Below are positions 23,444 to 31,488 of a DNA stretch of 60,539 nucleotides, piece by piece. The translations under genes were made by a program, and so were the position numbers. Below the pieces are notes generated by a model that was given only the letters and a program-made list of their open reading frames with translations, was not told where the DNA came from and did not search any database. Origin of the DNA: a virus; IMG/VR virus record IMGVR_UViG_3300028048_000007, positions 1 through 60,539 of that record; one strand, 5' to 3'. Positions within the stretch are counted from its first letter, which is position 1, and every line of letters starts with the position of its first letter.

Positions 23444-23718
23444 TTTATTTCTCCACCATCGTATTTGATAAGATAGTTAAAACTATTGATTGCTCTTTCT
23501 ATTGCTTGACTTCTTTCATAATCAATTAAACAATCAATGTGTCCTTGTGTTAAATATGCTTTCTCTCCATCCCCATTTATTACTAAAGGTTTTGCAAGTG
23601 GTATTAAATTAAATGCTCTTTCAGCACCTACTTTATCTTTTACCACAAGAGTTTTTCCACAATCATCAATTCTAAAGTTAGAAAGCATTTCATCGTCAAC
23701 TACTATAACGTGTTTCAT
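23440..23718 (-). CDS. Hypothetical protein (92 aa)
   Basis: ORF track. Confidence 0.6.
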   Translation of the reverse strand: MKHVIVVDDEMLSNFRIDDCGKTLVVKDKVGAERAFNLIPLAKPLVINGDGEKAYLTQGHIDCLIDYERSQAIERAINSFNYLIKYDGGEIK

Positions 23719-23886
23719 TTAGTCCTCACTTTCCATCCACATAAAACGAACATGGAATACCAACCAATTAATCTCTATTGTTATGTTGGACTTAATATAT
23801 CTCATCTCATCAATAAGTATTTCTACAGTAGGAATTATTGTTATCCAATTTTTAGTTATATAAAAATCTTTTCGATAGAATTTCAT
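23719..23886 (-). CDS. Small hypothetical protein (55 aa)
   Basis: Hand translation MKFYRKDFYITKNWITIIPT..; its stop abuts the next ATG. Confidence 0.4.
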   Translation of the reverse strand: MKFYRKDFYITKNWITIIPTVEILIDEMRYIKSNITIEINWLVFHVRFMWMESED

Positions 23887-23900
23887 ATTCTCTCACTTTC

Positions 23901-23993
23901 TCAATTTGTAAGCCACTCAATAAATTTGAGCAATAGATATGTAGCTATTCCAACCAACATTCCGAAAAGAACAAACAATTTGAGGATTATCAT
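23901..23993 (-). CDS. Possible single-TM micropeptide (30 aa)
   Basis: MIILKLFVLFGMLVGIATYLLLKFIEWLTN behind GGGAG. Confidence 0.3.
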   Translation of the reverse strand: MIILKLFVLFGMLVGIATYLLLKFIEWLTN

Positions 23994-23999
23994 GCTCCC

Positions 24000-24122
24000 T
24001 CACTTTCCATCAATGATATCTCTTGCTTCTTTATAAGTAGCTTGATTAAACCATTCAAATTTTTGGAAGAATCGACATAATGTCATATGTCTGCAAATAA
24101 ATACAAGAATCTTTCGTTTCAT
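24000..24122 (-). CDS. Possible small protein (40 aa)
   Basis: MKRKILVFICRHMTLCRFFQKFEWFNQATY..; abuts its neighbours. Confidence 0.3.
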   Translation of the reverse strand: MKRKILVFICRHMTLCRFFQKFEWFNQATYKEARDIIDGK

Positions 24123-24284
24123 TTATTTCTCACTTTCCTGTGACTTAATCCACTTTTCATAACACTCTTGAAAAATGTCTTTAGTCATCACAACTTCGGT
24201 TTTGTAACAGTTTCCTCCTATTTCGGGTACAGGTGTATATTTAACAACAACATCACCTTTAACTTCAAAATGTATTTCACTCAT
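24123..24284 (-). CDS. Small hypothetical protein (53 aa)
   Basis: MSEIHFEVKGDVVVKYTPVPEIGG..; ATGA overlap with 24281..24535. Confidence 0.4.
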   Translation of the reverse strand: MSEIHFEVKGDVVVKYTPVPEIGGNCYKTEVVMTKDIFQECYEKWIKSQESEK

Positions 24285-24535
24285 TCTGCTTCCTCACTCT
24301 TCTTGCCTATGTTATCAATAACCTTTAATACAGCATCATCTTTAAAGTGGAAGTAACCCTCATACAGCCTACGAGGTAAATTGTTTATCTCTGTCCTAAC
24401 TTCTTCAAGCGGAACACCTTCTAATACAGCAGTAGCAACATCTTCATCGTATAAATGATGCAAATAACCAGAGTTCACAGCTTCTTGGTAAATCTCTTCA
24501 TCTATCTCTATCACAAGTTTTATTGTTTTACTCAT
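24281..24535 (-). CDS. Hypothetical protein (84 aa)
   Basis: ORF track. Confidence 0.6.
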   Translation of the reverse strand: MSKTIKLVIEIDEEIYQEAVNSGYLHHLYDEDVATAVLEGVPLEEVRTEINNLPRRLYEGYFHFKDDAVLKVIDNIGKKSEEAE

Positions 24536-24708
24536 TCAGTTTTACCACCTTTCAATTTAAGCACTTCTCTTGCGGTCTGAATATCTTTTGGTAGTACAAA
24601 ACAATCACACTTTTCACAATCGGTTCTTTCACAATATGAACTATCAACAATTCTTCTGTGACAACGATTGACTTTTTCTAAAATTTCATTAGCTTTATTT
24701 TCTGTCAT
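24532..24708 (-). CDS. Small Cys-rich protein (58 aa)
   Basis: MTENKANEILEKVNRCHRRIVDSSYCERTDCEKCDCF..; ATGA overlap downstream. Confidence 0.45.
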   Translation of the reverse strand: MTENKANEILEKVNRCHRRIVDSSYCERTDCEKCDCFVLPKDIQTAREVLKLKGGKTE

Positions 24709-24837
24709 TTACCATTTCCTCTTATCTATCCCGAAAACAAAGCAAAGGATATGAATTGCAAACACCTTTGAATCTTTATATATTCCTATTCCGAAAGTCC
24801 AATAATTCAGATTAATTTCAAATGCAAAGTTGCTCAT
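24709..24837 (-). CDS. Possible small membrane protein (42 aa)
   Basis: MSNFAFEINLNYWTFGIGIYKDSKVFAIHILCFVFGIDKRKW. Confidence 0.3.
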   Translation of the reverse strand: MSNFAFEINLNYWTFGIGIYKDSKVFAIHILCFVFGIDKRKW

Positions 24838-24849
24838 TTGTCTTTACCC

Positions 24850-24951
24850 CTACTTTCTCTTACCGACTAAATAAGGCTTACCGTCCTTAACTTCAATTAC
24901 ATAAAACTTATACGGTCTTTCCCAACAAGGCTTATTTTTCTTTAACTTCAT
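24850..24951 (-). CDS. Possible small basic protein (33 aa), TAG stop
   Basis: MKLKKNKPCWERPYKFYVIEVKDGKPYLVGKRK. Confidence 0.3.
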   Translation of the reverse strand: MKLKKNKPCWERPYKFYVIEVKDGKPYLVGKRK

Positions 24952-24966
24952 TTACTTACCCCCACT

Positions 24967-25167
24967 TTATTTCATTCCAATTGCATTAGGAATATTCACC
25001 CAAACTGAACCATGTTCATCAACACTCATAACTTTAGGATGCTTATGTGCATACATAATATCTAAATCGTGTTTAAATGATTCAAAATCATCAAAACTCA
25101 TATTAGCAAGCTTCTTTGCAAGTTCCTGTTTAATTTCATTAATACTCATATTCTTATGCTCTCCCAC
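24967..25167 (-). CDS. Hypothetical protein (66 aa)
   Basis: ORF track. Confidence 0.55.
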   Translation of the reverse strand: MGEHKNMSINEIKQELAKKLANMSFDDFESFKHDLDIMYAHKHPKVMSVDEHGSVWVNIPNAIGMK

Positions 25168-25334
25168 ATTTGTAAATACTCTTCGTATTTCTTTTTAAGT
25201 TTTTGTCTTTGTTTATATTTCTCACTTTTATCATAAACAAACGCTTTTATATTTTCGGATTCTGCTGTATACCACAACAAAAGAATCATTTTAAATAATT
25301 CAAATCTTGTTTTAGGATTCTTCTTATATCTCAT
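25146..25334 (-). CDS. Hypothetical protein (62 aa)
   Basis: ORF track. Confidence 0.5.
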   Translation of the reverse strand: MRYKKNPKTRFELFKMILLLWYTAESENIKAFVYDKSEKYKQRQKLKKKYEEYLQMWESIRI

Positions 25335-25888
25335 TTACTGAAATAATGTCCTCCATATTTAAACAGTGGTTCTTTACCATTATAACCATCAGCACAGAAA
25401 TATAATGCTCCTTCACTTTCATCCCAACCATCAACAATCATTCCTATGGCTTCATTATTTGCTTCATTTGGTACATAACTACCTATACCATAAGTAGAAA
25501 ATTGACCTGTTGCATATATTATTTCCTCAATGGATTTGTTCCACTTAATTGCTCTGTTGATAACAACTCTCATTACAAGTGCTTGACCTTTTGCATCTTC
25601 ACCCCTTGCTTCTTCCATTGCAAGTTGTTGTAACAAATCCATTTCTTTAAACGTTAAGGAATAATAAAAGGATAAACGAATTACTGGAACTTTATATCCT
25701 TCTTCTGCAAAGTAATATATTATTTCTTCATCTGTATCTTCCTCCCCAACAAATGAAATACTTTGGCAATTCCCCTTTTGGCATGGCAAAGGTAAACTTA
25801 TCTTTGTTTCGGTTACGAAATAGCTTTTGGATAATGTTACGGATAAAAGCACACACATCACTAAAGCAAGTGCTATTGTCTTTTTCAT
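25331..25888 (-). CDS. Secreted SleB-type (Hydrolase_2) cell-wall hydrolase
   Basis: Signal peptide MKKTIALALVMCVLLSVTLS, then ..AMEEARGEDAKGQALVMRVVINRA..YATGQFS.., the spore-cortex-lytic-enzyme signature. Start moved from 25903 to the ATG behind GGAGAG. Confidence 0.75.
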   Translation of the reverse strand: MKKTIALALVMCVLLSVTLSKSYFVTETKISLPLPCQKGNCQSISFVGEEDTDEEIIYYFAEEGYKVPVIRLSFYYSLTFKEMDLLQQLAMEEARGEDAKGQALVMRVVINRAIKWNKSIEEIIYATGQFSTYGIGSYVPNEANNEAIGMIVDGWDESEGALYFCADGYNGKEPLFKYGGHYFSK

Positions 25889-26078
25889 TATTCTTCTCTC
25901 CATTTGTTACTATTAACTCGTTTTCAGTTTGCCCCACTCCAATCATTTTATATATATGGTTACAATCATCATTACAGACAAAGAATAAATCCTTGCCTTG
26001 ATAACGTTTCCACATTAATGCAGAACAAACAGGACATGTTGGAACTTTCTGTTCTATTACTATTTCCTTGTTGTTCAT
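25728..26078 (-). CDS. Zinc-ribbon protein; only the first ~60 aa look genuine, and the 3' part overlaps the SleB-like gene out of frame
   Basis: CPVC .. CNDDC in the first half. The last ~55 codons overlap 25331..25888 by 161 nt. Confidence 0.4.
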   Translation of the reverse strand: MNNKEIVIEQKVPTCPVCSALMWKRYQGKDLFFVCNDDCNHIYKMIGVGQTENELIVTNGEKNNEKDNSTCFSDVCAFIRNIIQKLFRNRNKDKFTFAMPKGELPKYFICWGGRYR

Positions 26079-26095
26079 CTTTTACCTCTCAATCT

Positions 26096-26908
26096 TTATT
26101 GAGCATTTTTAGTTACGTTTTTAATTCTTTCGATACTCCATTTACATTGTTCTTTAGATAATTCAAAACCGATATAACTTATACCTAACTTCTTACAAGC
26201 AACTCCTGTCGTTCCTGTACCATTAAATGGGTCAAGTATAACACAATCTTCTCCCCAACTTATAGGTGCATATATCTGTAAAATCTTTTCTACCAACTCA
26301 CTACTGTAAGTTGCTTTGTTTAGTGGACAACTACCATCATTATTTCTTGCTTCAATAAAATTATAAATACTGTTGTAGTTATTCTGTCCTGTCTTTCTAT
26401 GTGATACTACATACTTATTTGAATTAAATGTATAAAACTCATCTTTTCTACAAAGTACATATACATACTCACATATTCTTGTAAGCTTATTAGGACTATT
26501 AATGTTAGGAAGTACCTGTTTCTTCTTCTAACAAATTATATCTGCAACAGTAAAGTTTGTTTCTGTGATAATAGAGTGTATTGCTTTTATCATTGTATCA
26601 GCACCATCTTGACCGTAACTTATATTATAAGCAATACATCCATTTTCATTTAAAACTCTATCAAAAGATTTAAACAGTTTAATAGAAAAGTCGCAATACT
26701 GTTCTGTGTTCATATTATCTACAAACACATCATATCGTGCATAATTGTATTGACCTTCTTTTACTTTTATGTTTTTAAGAGTTCCCTTCTTACCTGTCTT
26801 TTTGTTTGTTGCATAGAACGGTGAAGTAACAATCATGTCTATACAATGTGAAGGTAACTCTTTCATAAGTTCCATACAATCACCACATTTAATGTAATTC
26901 TTTTTCAT
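26096..26908 (-). pseudogene. Beta-class (N6-A/N4-C) DNA methyltransferase interrupted by a single in-frame TAG at 26528-26530
   Basis: ORFs 26528..26908 (..MIVTSPFY..) and 26096..26296 (..ILDPFNGTGTTGVA..) share one frame (432 nt apart). Hand translation across gives ADIIC*KKKQVLPN..EYVYVLCRKDEFYTFN.., with the stop where the family has IIW.K. Confidence 0.8.
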
Positions 26909-26909
26909 G

Positions 26910-27797
26910 TTACCACCACTTTTGTTCTTTATCTATTGGTGTTCTACCGTTATCTACATTCCAACAAGCATTTCTCATAGGACATTTACTACACAGCTTA
27001 CAAGAAATACTATCACATCCTTTTAACCTCTTCGGAGGTTTACCTTCATTCACAAACTTATCATATGCTATTGCAATGTCTTCAAGTCTATCAACATAAG
27101 GTGCTACTGTTTCGGGTTCAAAGTCATACACAACAGTTCTAAACTTTTGGTCGTTCTTACTGTCAAGAAGTGTAAAACCTTTTTTATAATCTAAATCTTT
27201 CGGGTCATCCAAGTTGCCTTTTGCTTTCTGCAACAAATACATGTAAATCTGTAACTGCTTATAACCACTTACATGTTCATATTGTTTCTGAAAACTAAAA
27301 GAGTTCATTGACTTAATCTCACCGACCATTGCACCACCATAAAACTCTGGAATACGTACAACCAAATCGGGAGTGTATGACAACATATAATCTTTATCAA
27401 ATCTTGTTCTATCACAAGTCTTTGCTTTTGCATATCCTGCTCTTATAAACAACCTCTGCCACTTTTCATGAACAGCATTACCTTCTTCAAATATTCTTCT
27501 CAAATCGGCTGATAACTGTTCACCCTGTAACATTTTATATACAAGGCTTAACACCTGTTGTCTTACACAAAAACTATTATCACCTTTATCAATAATAGCA
27601 GAAGCATGTAAACCAACTCTTTCTTGACTCTCCAAACCTCTTGTCATTACATCATGAACAAATTTAGTTTCCTCATCAATATTCTTTTCAAGATAAAACA
27701 TCTTATTCAGAATTGTATCTAACTGACTTCCTTCTGCCGATTGTATTACACTACCATTTTGTGAAGCACTCTTTTTTATACTGTCAATTATTCCCAT
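26910..27797 (-). CDS. Cas4/RecB-like PD-(D/E)XK exonuclease with a 4-Cys (Fe-S) signature
   Basis: ..YTPDLVV..MVGEIKS.. (D..ExK), N-terminal Cys (NSFCVRQ), and C-terminal CSKCPMRNAC (C-x2-C-x5-C). Confidence 0.65.
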   Translation of the reverse strand: MGIIDSIKKSASQNGSVIQSAEGSQLDTILNKMFYLEKNIDEETKFVHDVMTRGLESQERVGLHASAIIDKGDNSFCVRQQVLSLVYKMLQGEQLSADLRRIFEEGNAVHEKWQRLFIRAGYAKAKTCDRTRFDKDYMLSYTPDLVVRIPEFYGGAMVGEIKSMNSFSFQKQYEHVSGYKQLQIYMYLLQKAKGNLDDPKDLDYKKGFTLLDSKNDQKFRTVVYDFEPETVAPYVDRLEDIAIAYDKFVNEGKPPKRLKGCDSISCKLCSKCPMRNACWNVDNGRTPIDKEQKWW

Positions 27798-27832
27798 TTT
27801 AAACTCCTTTTAGGCTTGTTTATTATTACGAA

Positions 27833-27904
27833 CAACCCCTGTAGGACTCGAACCTACAATAATCAGAACCAAAATCTGATGCCTTACCATTTGGCGAAGG
27901 GGCT
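27833..27904 (-). tRNA. tRNA-Gln (anticodon UUG)
   Basis: Hand fold: acceptor AGCCCCT/AGGGGTT (one G.U), D arm GCC-AAATGGTAA-GGC, anticodon arm TCAGA-TTTTGGT-TCTGA, T arm GTAGG-TTCGAGT-CCTAC, discriminator G, no encoded CCA. Confidence 0.85.
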
Positions 27905-27929
27905 ATAAGGGAGATTGCTCCCCCTATTG

Positions 27930-28337
27930 TTAAAAAATAAGTTCTTTCTCTTCCTCTTCAAACTCTTCTTCCGTTGCTTTACTTGCATCAAGTTCAATAA
28001 ACCTATCTACAATCAAATCACGAAGAAGTGCAACCTTTTCAATCTTTGAATTGTCGAAGTGTACAAGTTTATTAACCGAAAAAGCATTGAAAATCTTTTC
28101 TGCTTTATTTGTGTACCAATTTGCTTTTTCAATATCTTCTTCACCATTTTTATTCTTATATCTCCACAGATATTTAAAAGCATTACATACACAAAAATCA
28201 AATGTAGCTTCTGCACCAAAAGCAACTAACATTGCTTCAATACATTCAATAGAACAACTACCTTCATAATGTTTGGGATGATTTACGTTATCAACAACTT
28301 CTTCTTTTGCATCTTTCTTAACCACTTTCTTACTCAT
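27930..28337 (-). CDS. DUF3310-family protein
   Basis: ..NHPKHYEGS..ECIEAM..CNAFKYLWRYKNKNGEEDIEKANWY.. matches the remembered DUF3310 pattern. Start moved to MSKKVVKK behind GGGAGG. Confidence 0.6.
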   Translation of the reverse strand: MSKKVVKKDAKEEVVDNVNHPKHYEGSCSIECIEAMLVAFGAEATFDFCVCNAFKYLWRYKNKNGEEDIEKANWYTNKAEKIFNAFSVNKLVHFDNSKIEKVALLRDLIVDRFIELDASKATEEEFEEEEKELIF

Positions 28338-29283
28338 CCTCATCCTCCCAATCATCTTCAACATTTTTCCTTCTCTTATCAAACTGTTTTGCTCTCTGTT
28401 CCATAAGTTCTTTTCTGATTATAGGTACATCATCAAAAGAAACAAAACCTCTATCAAAGAAACAAGGTATTTCACATTCCTGCATTGGATTGTTTACTTT
28501 AGATTTAACAACCTTACATTTCATAATCAATCCAACTTTTTCTGTTGTTGCAGAGTTTTTAGGATTCTTGTTGGGAATTTCAATCCAACCTTTTCTTGCA
28601 ACCTGTATTCTCAAACTTGCACTGTGTTTTAATTTATGACCGCCAGGAGTATCTGTCTTTTCTCCAAACATCATAGCGTTCATTTTATCTCTTACTTGGT
28701 TAATAAATACAACCGTTGTACCTGTCACTTCAATTACCTCTTCGATACTCGGTAAATACTTATTAAGCAATCTTGCTGTACCACCAATTCTTTGTTCTTC
28801 AATACTATCCTTTTCAGCAGACTTTAAAACCTTCTCTGCATCCTCCTTGGGAACAAGTGAAGGTACACTATCAATTCCAATAATAGGAATACCTGCTTTA
28901 CAAAACTGTAAAGTTTTATTAAACGCATCCTCACCATATTTAGCACGATACACAAGTAACTGTTTCGGTTTGTTACCAAACACTTTTGCTCTCTCTGCAT
29001 CAAAAGTTCCCTCAACAGGAACATCAAGTGCAACAGGATGTAAACCCATAAGGTGATACAGTAGAGTTGTCTTTCCCGAACTTTCTGGACCGTATATCTC
29101 AACAACCCTTCCTTCGGGCATACCACCACCGATTATTTCATCCAAATCTTCAATGCCTGTACTCCAACGATTTATTTTCAAGTTTACATGTTTACTATCA
29201 AGAGTATAGACAGTTCCTTCGCCCTCTTTTTTATTTATAGTGTTACAAAGTTTTATTATGGCTTGTTTGTCTGTCTTTGGCAT
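28330..29283 (-). CDS. recA: RecA-family recombinase with an acidic tail ..VEDDWEDEDE
   Basis: Walker A GPESSGKTT. ..VVFINQVRDKMNAMMFGEKTDTPGGHKLKHSASLRI.. and ..KCKVVKSKVNNP.. parallel E. coli RecA [33 protein letters not shown] / VKVVKNKIAAP. Confidence 0.8.
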   Translation of the reverse strand: MPKTDKQAIIKLCNTINKKEGEGTVYTLDSKHVNLKINRWSTGIEDLDEIIGGGMPEGRVVEIYGPESSGKTTLLYHLMGLHPVALDVPVEGTFDAERAKVFGNKPKQLLVYRAKYGEDAFNKTLQFCKAGIPIIGIDSVPSLVPKEDAEKVLKSAEKDSIEEQRIGGTARLLNKYLPSIEEVIEVTGTTVVFINQVRDKMNAMMFGEKTDTPGGHKLKHSASLRIQVARKGWIEIPNKNPKNSATTEKVGLIMKCKVVKSKVNNPMQECEIPCFFDRGFVSFDDVPIIRKELMEQRAKQFDKRRKNVEDDWEDEDE

Positions 29284-29618
29284 TACTTACTCCTTCTCTT
29301 TTTCTTTTTCCTTAACTGACCTGTTTCGTGCATTTCTTTAAATCTCTGACTTGCCTGTTCTCTAAACTCATCAGATACTTGTTTAGGAGGACTAATTTTA
29401 ATCCACTTTGTAGGAACATGTGCTACTATTGAACCATCATAGTTTTCATCAACAATAACGCACTCATCGGGATATTTCTCTGCAAGCCTTTTTATTTTTG
29501 TAACATACTTTCCTTGACTAAATGCTACAGTTGCTACAGGTGCGTTTCTTAAAAACTCAATACAGTTTTCTCCGTTACCTGCTACTCTGCTCATATCTTC
29601 AAGTTCTGTTCTGTTCAT
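29283..29618 (-). CDS. Hypothetical protein (111 aa)
   Basis: ORF track. Confidence 0.65.
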   Translation of the reverse strand: MNRTELEDMSRVAGNGENCIEFLRNAPVATVAFSQGKYVTKIKRLAEKYPDECVIVDENYDGSIVAHVPTKWIKISPPKQVSDEFREQASQRFKEMHETGQLRKKKKRRSK

Positions 29619-29953
29619 ATATCTCCTTCTGCCCTATGTAGGCTTTTATCCGTTTCAAACCCATCGGGGAAACGCTTTTTAAGTTTTTCTATATTTAACT
29701 CCATTACTTCTGATAAATCCCAACCATTAGCTGTACAGTATTCTGCAACAAACCAAAGTAAATCGCCAACTTCTTTCTTTCTATGTTCTTCTTCATTATC
29801 TTCAATATGTCCTTGATAACGTTTCTGATAAATAGAATGAAGTTCACCAATCTCACCAACCATACCATGAAGTGCATGATGTTCCATTTGGTCTGACGAA
29901 TTAGATTTGTTTATTGTTCTTGACGCTAAATCTTGATACACATTTGCTTCCAT
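29615..29953 (-). CDS. mazG: MazG-like nucleoside triphosphate pyrophosphohydrolase
   Basis: ..GMVGEIGEL.. and ..EVGDLLWFVAEY..NIEKLKKRFP.. (EExxE/D-type MazG helices). Confidence 0.7.
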   Translation of the reverse strand: MEANVYQDLASRTINKSNSSDQMEHHALHGMVGEIGELHSIYQKRYQGHIEDNEEEHRKKEVGDLLWFVAEYCTANGWDLSEVMELNIEKLKKRFPDGFETDKSLHRAEGDI

Positions 29954-29957
29954 TTAT

Positions 29958-30602
29958 TTACCTCTTAACCACAACATCGTTTACTGTTATATCGTCAAAG
30001 ATTACTGGAATTGTTCTCTTAAACTCATCCAATATAACACAAGCAACCTCTCTCATTTGTGGATGTGCCTTTTCAGAAGTTCTCAATTTAAAGAAAAGCC
30101 TCCACTCACGAAGATTCATCGTCATTACAATTTCTGTTTTCAAACTGTTGGGAAGAACACTTCTTGCTTCTTGTGGTTTAGCACCAATGGCTATTAAACT
30201 GTTATAGGTGTCCTCAACAGTAGCCATGTTGTTTTTCCAAATTTCATACTCATCACTATCCTCATCCCAGAAACAAGGTTTAATGAATGTAAGTTCCCCT
30301 CCGAACTTATCCTTTGAATAGTTGCAGTATCTTGTACTCTCTTGGCTATAACTTGCAAGTCTATGTCTTACAATTTCATGAGAAACACCTCTGTCACAAA
30401 TAACTCTTACCGATACTTTCTCATGTTCGATTACTGACTCATGACCACTCTTAAGAATATTTGTTACAAAAGCAATTGAAGATTCCTCTGTTATTTTATC
30501 CTCACTCTTGTAACAAACCCTTCCAATCTTTTCAATCCTTTTTAACATTTCTCTTCCATTTACATCATCCAAAATTTCAACCCTTGGATTAATTATTTTC
30601 AT
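29958..30602 (-). CDS. thyX: Flavin-dependent thymidylate synthase ThyX
   Basis: ThyX signature ..VRHRLASYSQESTRY.. (RHRxxSxxxxSxR). Confidence 0.85.
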   Translation of the reverse strand: MKIINPRVEILDDVNGREMLKRIEKIGRVCYKSEDKITEESSIAFVTNILKSGHESVIEHEKVSVRVICDRGVSHEIVRHRLASYSQESTRYCNYSKDKFGGELTFIKPCFWDEDSDEYEIWKNNMATVEDTYNSLIAIGAKPQEARSVLPNSLKTEIVMTMNLREWRLFFKLRTSEKAHPQMREVACVILDEFKRTIPVIFDDITVNDVVVKR

Positions 30603-30615
30603 CTTTTATCTCCTT

Positions 30616-31101
30616 TTAAATGTCATGCTTTCCATCTACATCAAATTTCTCTGCTTCTACTTCTGAATCAATCTTCTGTAAACTTTCTTCAAGCCAACCT
30701 GTAAGATAATCTCTTTCCATAGAACAAAGCATATCCACATCAAATCTTTTTTCTATGCTCTTTCCTTTATATTCAAAACCAATTCCAATTTCACCGTTCC
30801 GAATATCGTTTTCTTCAACAAATGTTTCTACTTTTAAATAAATACCGTATCTTCCAGATAACGCAAATAACTTTGTCGCTAACTCTGTTAAATCAAGTTT
30901 TTCTTTTTTCACCATTACAATCGGTTGATTAAAAGCAATCTTGTCTTTACTTTCATAACCTTTTTTTGTCATCTCCTGTAGCAACTGTTGAAGTATAGCA
31001 GGATTAATTACCCTCTTGGGATGTATAATCAATATCCCTTTACCTTCTCCAAGTTCTACAAAACCACTGTCAATACCAACCTGTATTAATGACATTATCA
31101 A
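30616..31101 (-). CDS. Hypothetical protein (161 aa)
   Basis: ORF track. Confidence 0.65.
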   Translation of the reverse strand: MIMSLIQVGIDSGFVELGEGKGILIIHPKRVINPAILQQLLQEMTKKGYESKDKIAFNQPIVMVKKEKLDLTELATKLFALSGRYGIYLKVETFVEENDIRNGEIGIGFEYKGKSIEKRFDVDMLCSMERDYLTGWLEESLQKIDSEVEAEKFDVDGKHDI

Positions 31102-31373
31102 CCCTTCTTTCTACCAAGTAAATAATCAGCAGATACCTTTAACACATCACACATCTTATTGAGATAAAATGCACTTGGAATTCTCCCATCGTTTAACCAA
31201 TGAGTAACACTTACACAAGTTACACCAACTTTTTCTGCAAACTCTGTTCTTGTCATCTTCTTCTTTTCAATCGTTTCAATAAGTCTTGCAGAAAATTGCT
31301 CCCAATAAATTTGCTTTTCCGTTTTAACAGGTTGTTTACTACCTTTAACCGTAGTCTGTTTTTTCATCCTCAT
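31098..31373 (-). CDS. XRE-family helix-turn-helix transcriptional regulator
   Basis: ..MTRTEFAEKVGVTCVSVTHWLNDGRIPSAFYLNKMCDVLKVSADYLLG.. Confidence 0.75.
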   Translation of the reverse strand: MRMKKQTTVKGSKQPVKTEKQIYWEQFSARLIETIEKKKMTRTEFAEKVGVTCVSVTHWLNDGRIPSAFYLNKMCDVLKVSADYLLGRKKG

Positions 31374-31488
31374 CCTCCAGAATTTCTCTTTCTGTTTCCT
31401 CTAACTCATTTGCATCACAGTTACAATAAAACTTTCCATCTACATAAATCTTATAATGTCCATTAACATATTCATGTGTAACTTCCAT
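31345..31488 (-). CDS. Possible small acidic protein (47 aa)
   Basis: Hand translation MEVTHEYVNGHYKIYVDGKFYCNCDANELEE..; ATG abuts the dnaE stop, behind GAGGT. Confidence 0.4.
   Translation of the reverse strand: MEVTHEYVNGHYKIYVDGKFYCNCDANELEETEREILEDEDEKTDYG

Noticed and set aside
25880-25910. Programmed frameshift fusing the zinc-ribbon ORF to the SleB-like hydrolase
   Set aside because: The hydrolase frame is +1 relative to the upstream ORF. No slippery site fits. The hydrolase has its own GGAGAG RBS, ATG and signal peptide, so independent initiation is simpler.
26528-26530. Genome-wide reassignment of TAG to a sense codon
   Set aside because: TAG ends the ORFs at 11126 (followed immediately by TAA), at 15505 (followed by terminator hairpins) and at 51323. 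The only tRNA has anticodon UUG, not CUA.
28824-29129. Nested minus-strand ORFs in alternative frames (28824..29129, 4777..4983, 6252..6464, 14326..14520, 28013..28225, 36339..36593, 37462..37650, 41275..41553, 42313..42501, 45740..45973, 51376..51591, 51876..52253, 58332..58541)
   Set aside because: Each lies wholly inside a longer ORF with recognisable motifs or better coding character. The compositions are Leu/Ile/Arg-rich, as is typical of off-frame translation.
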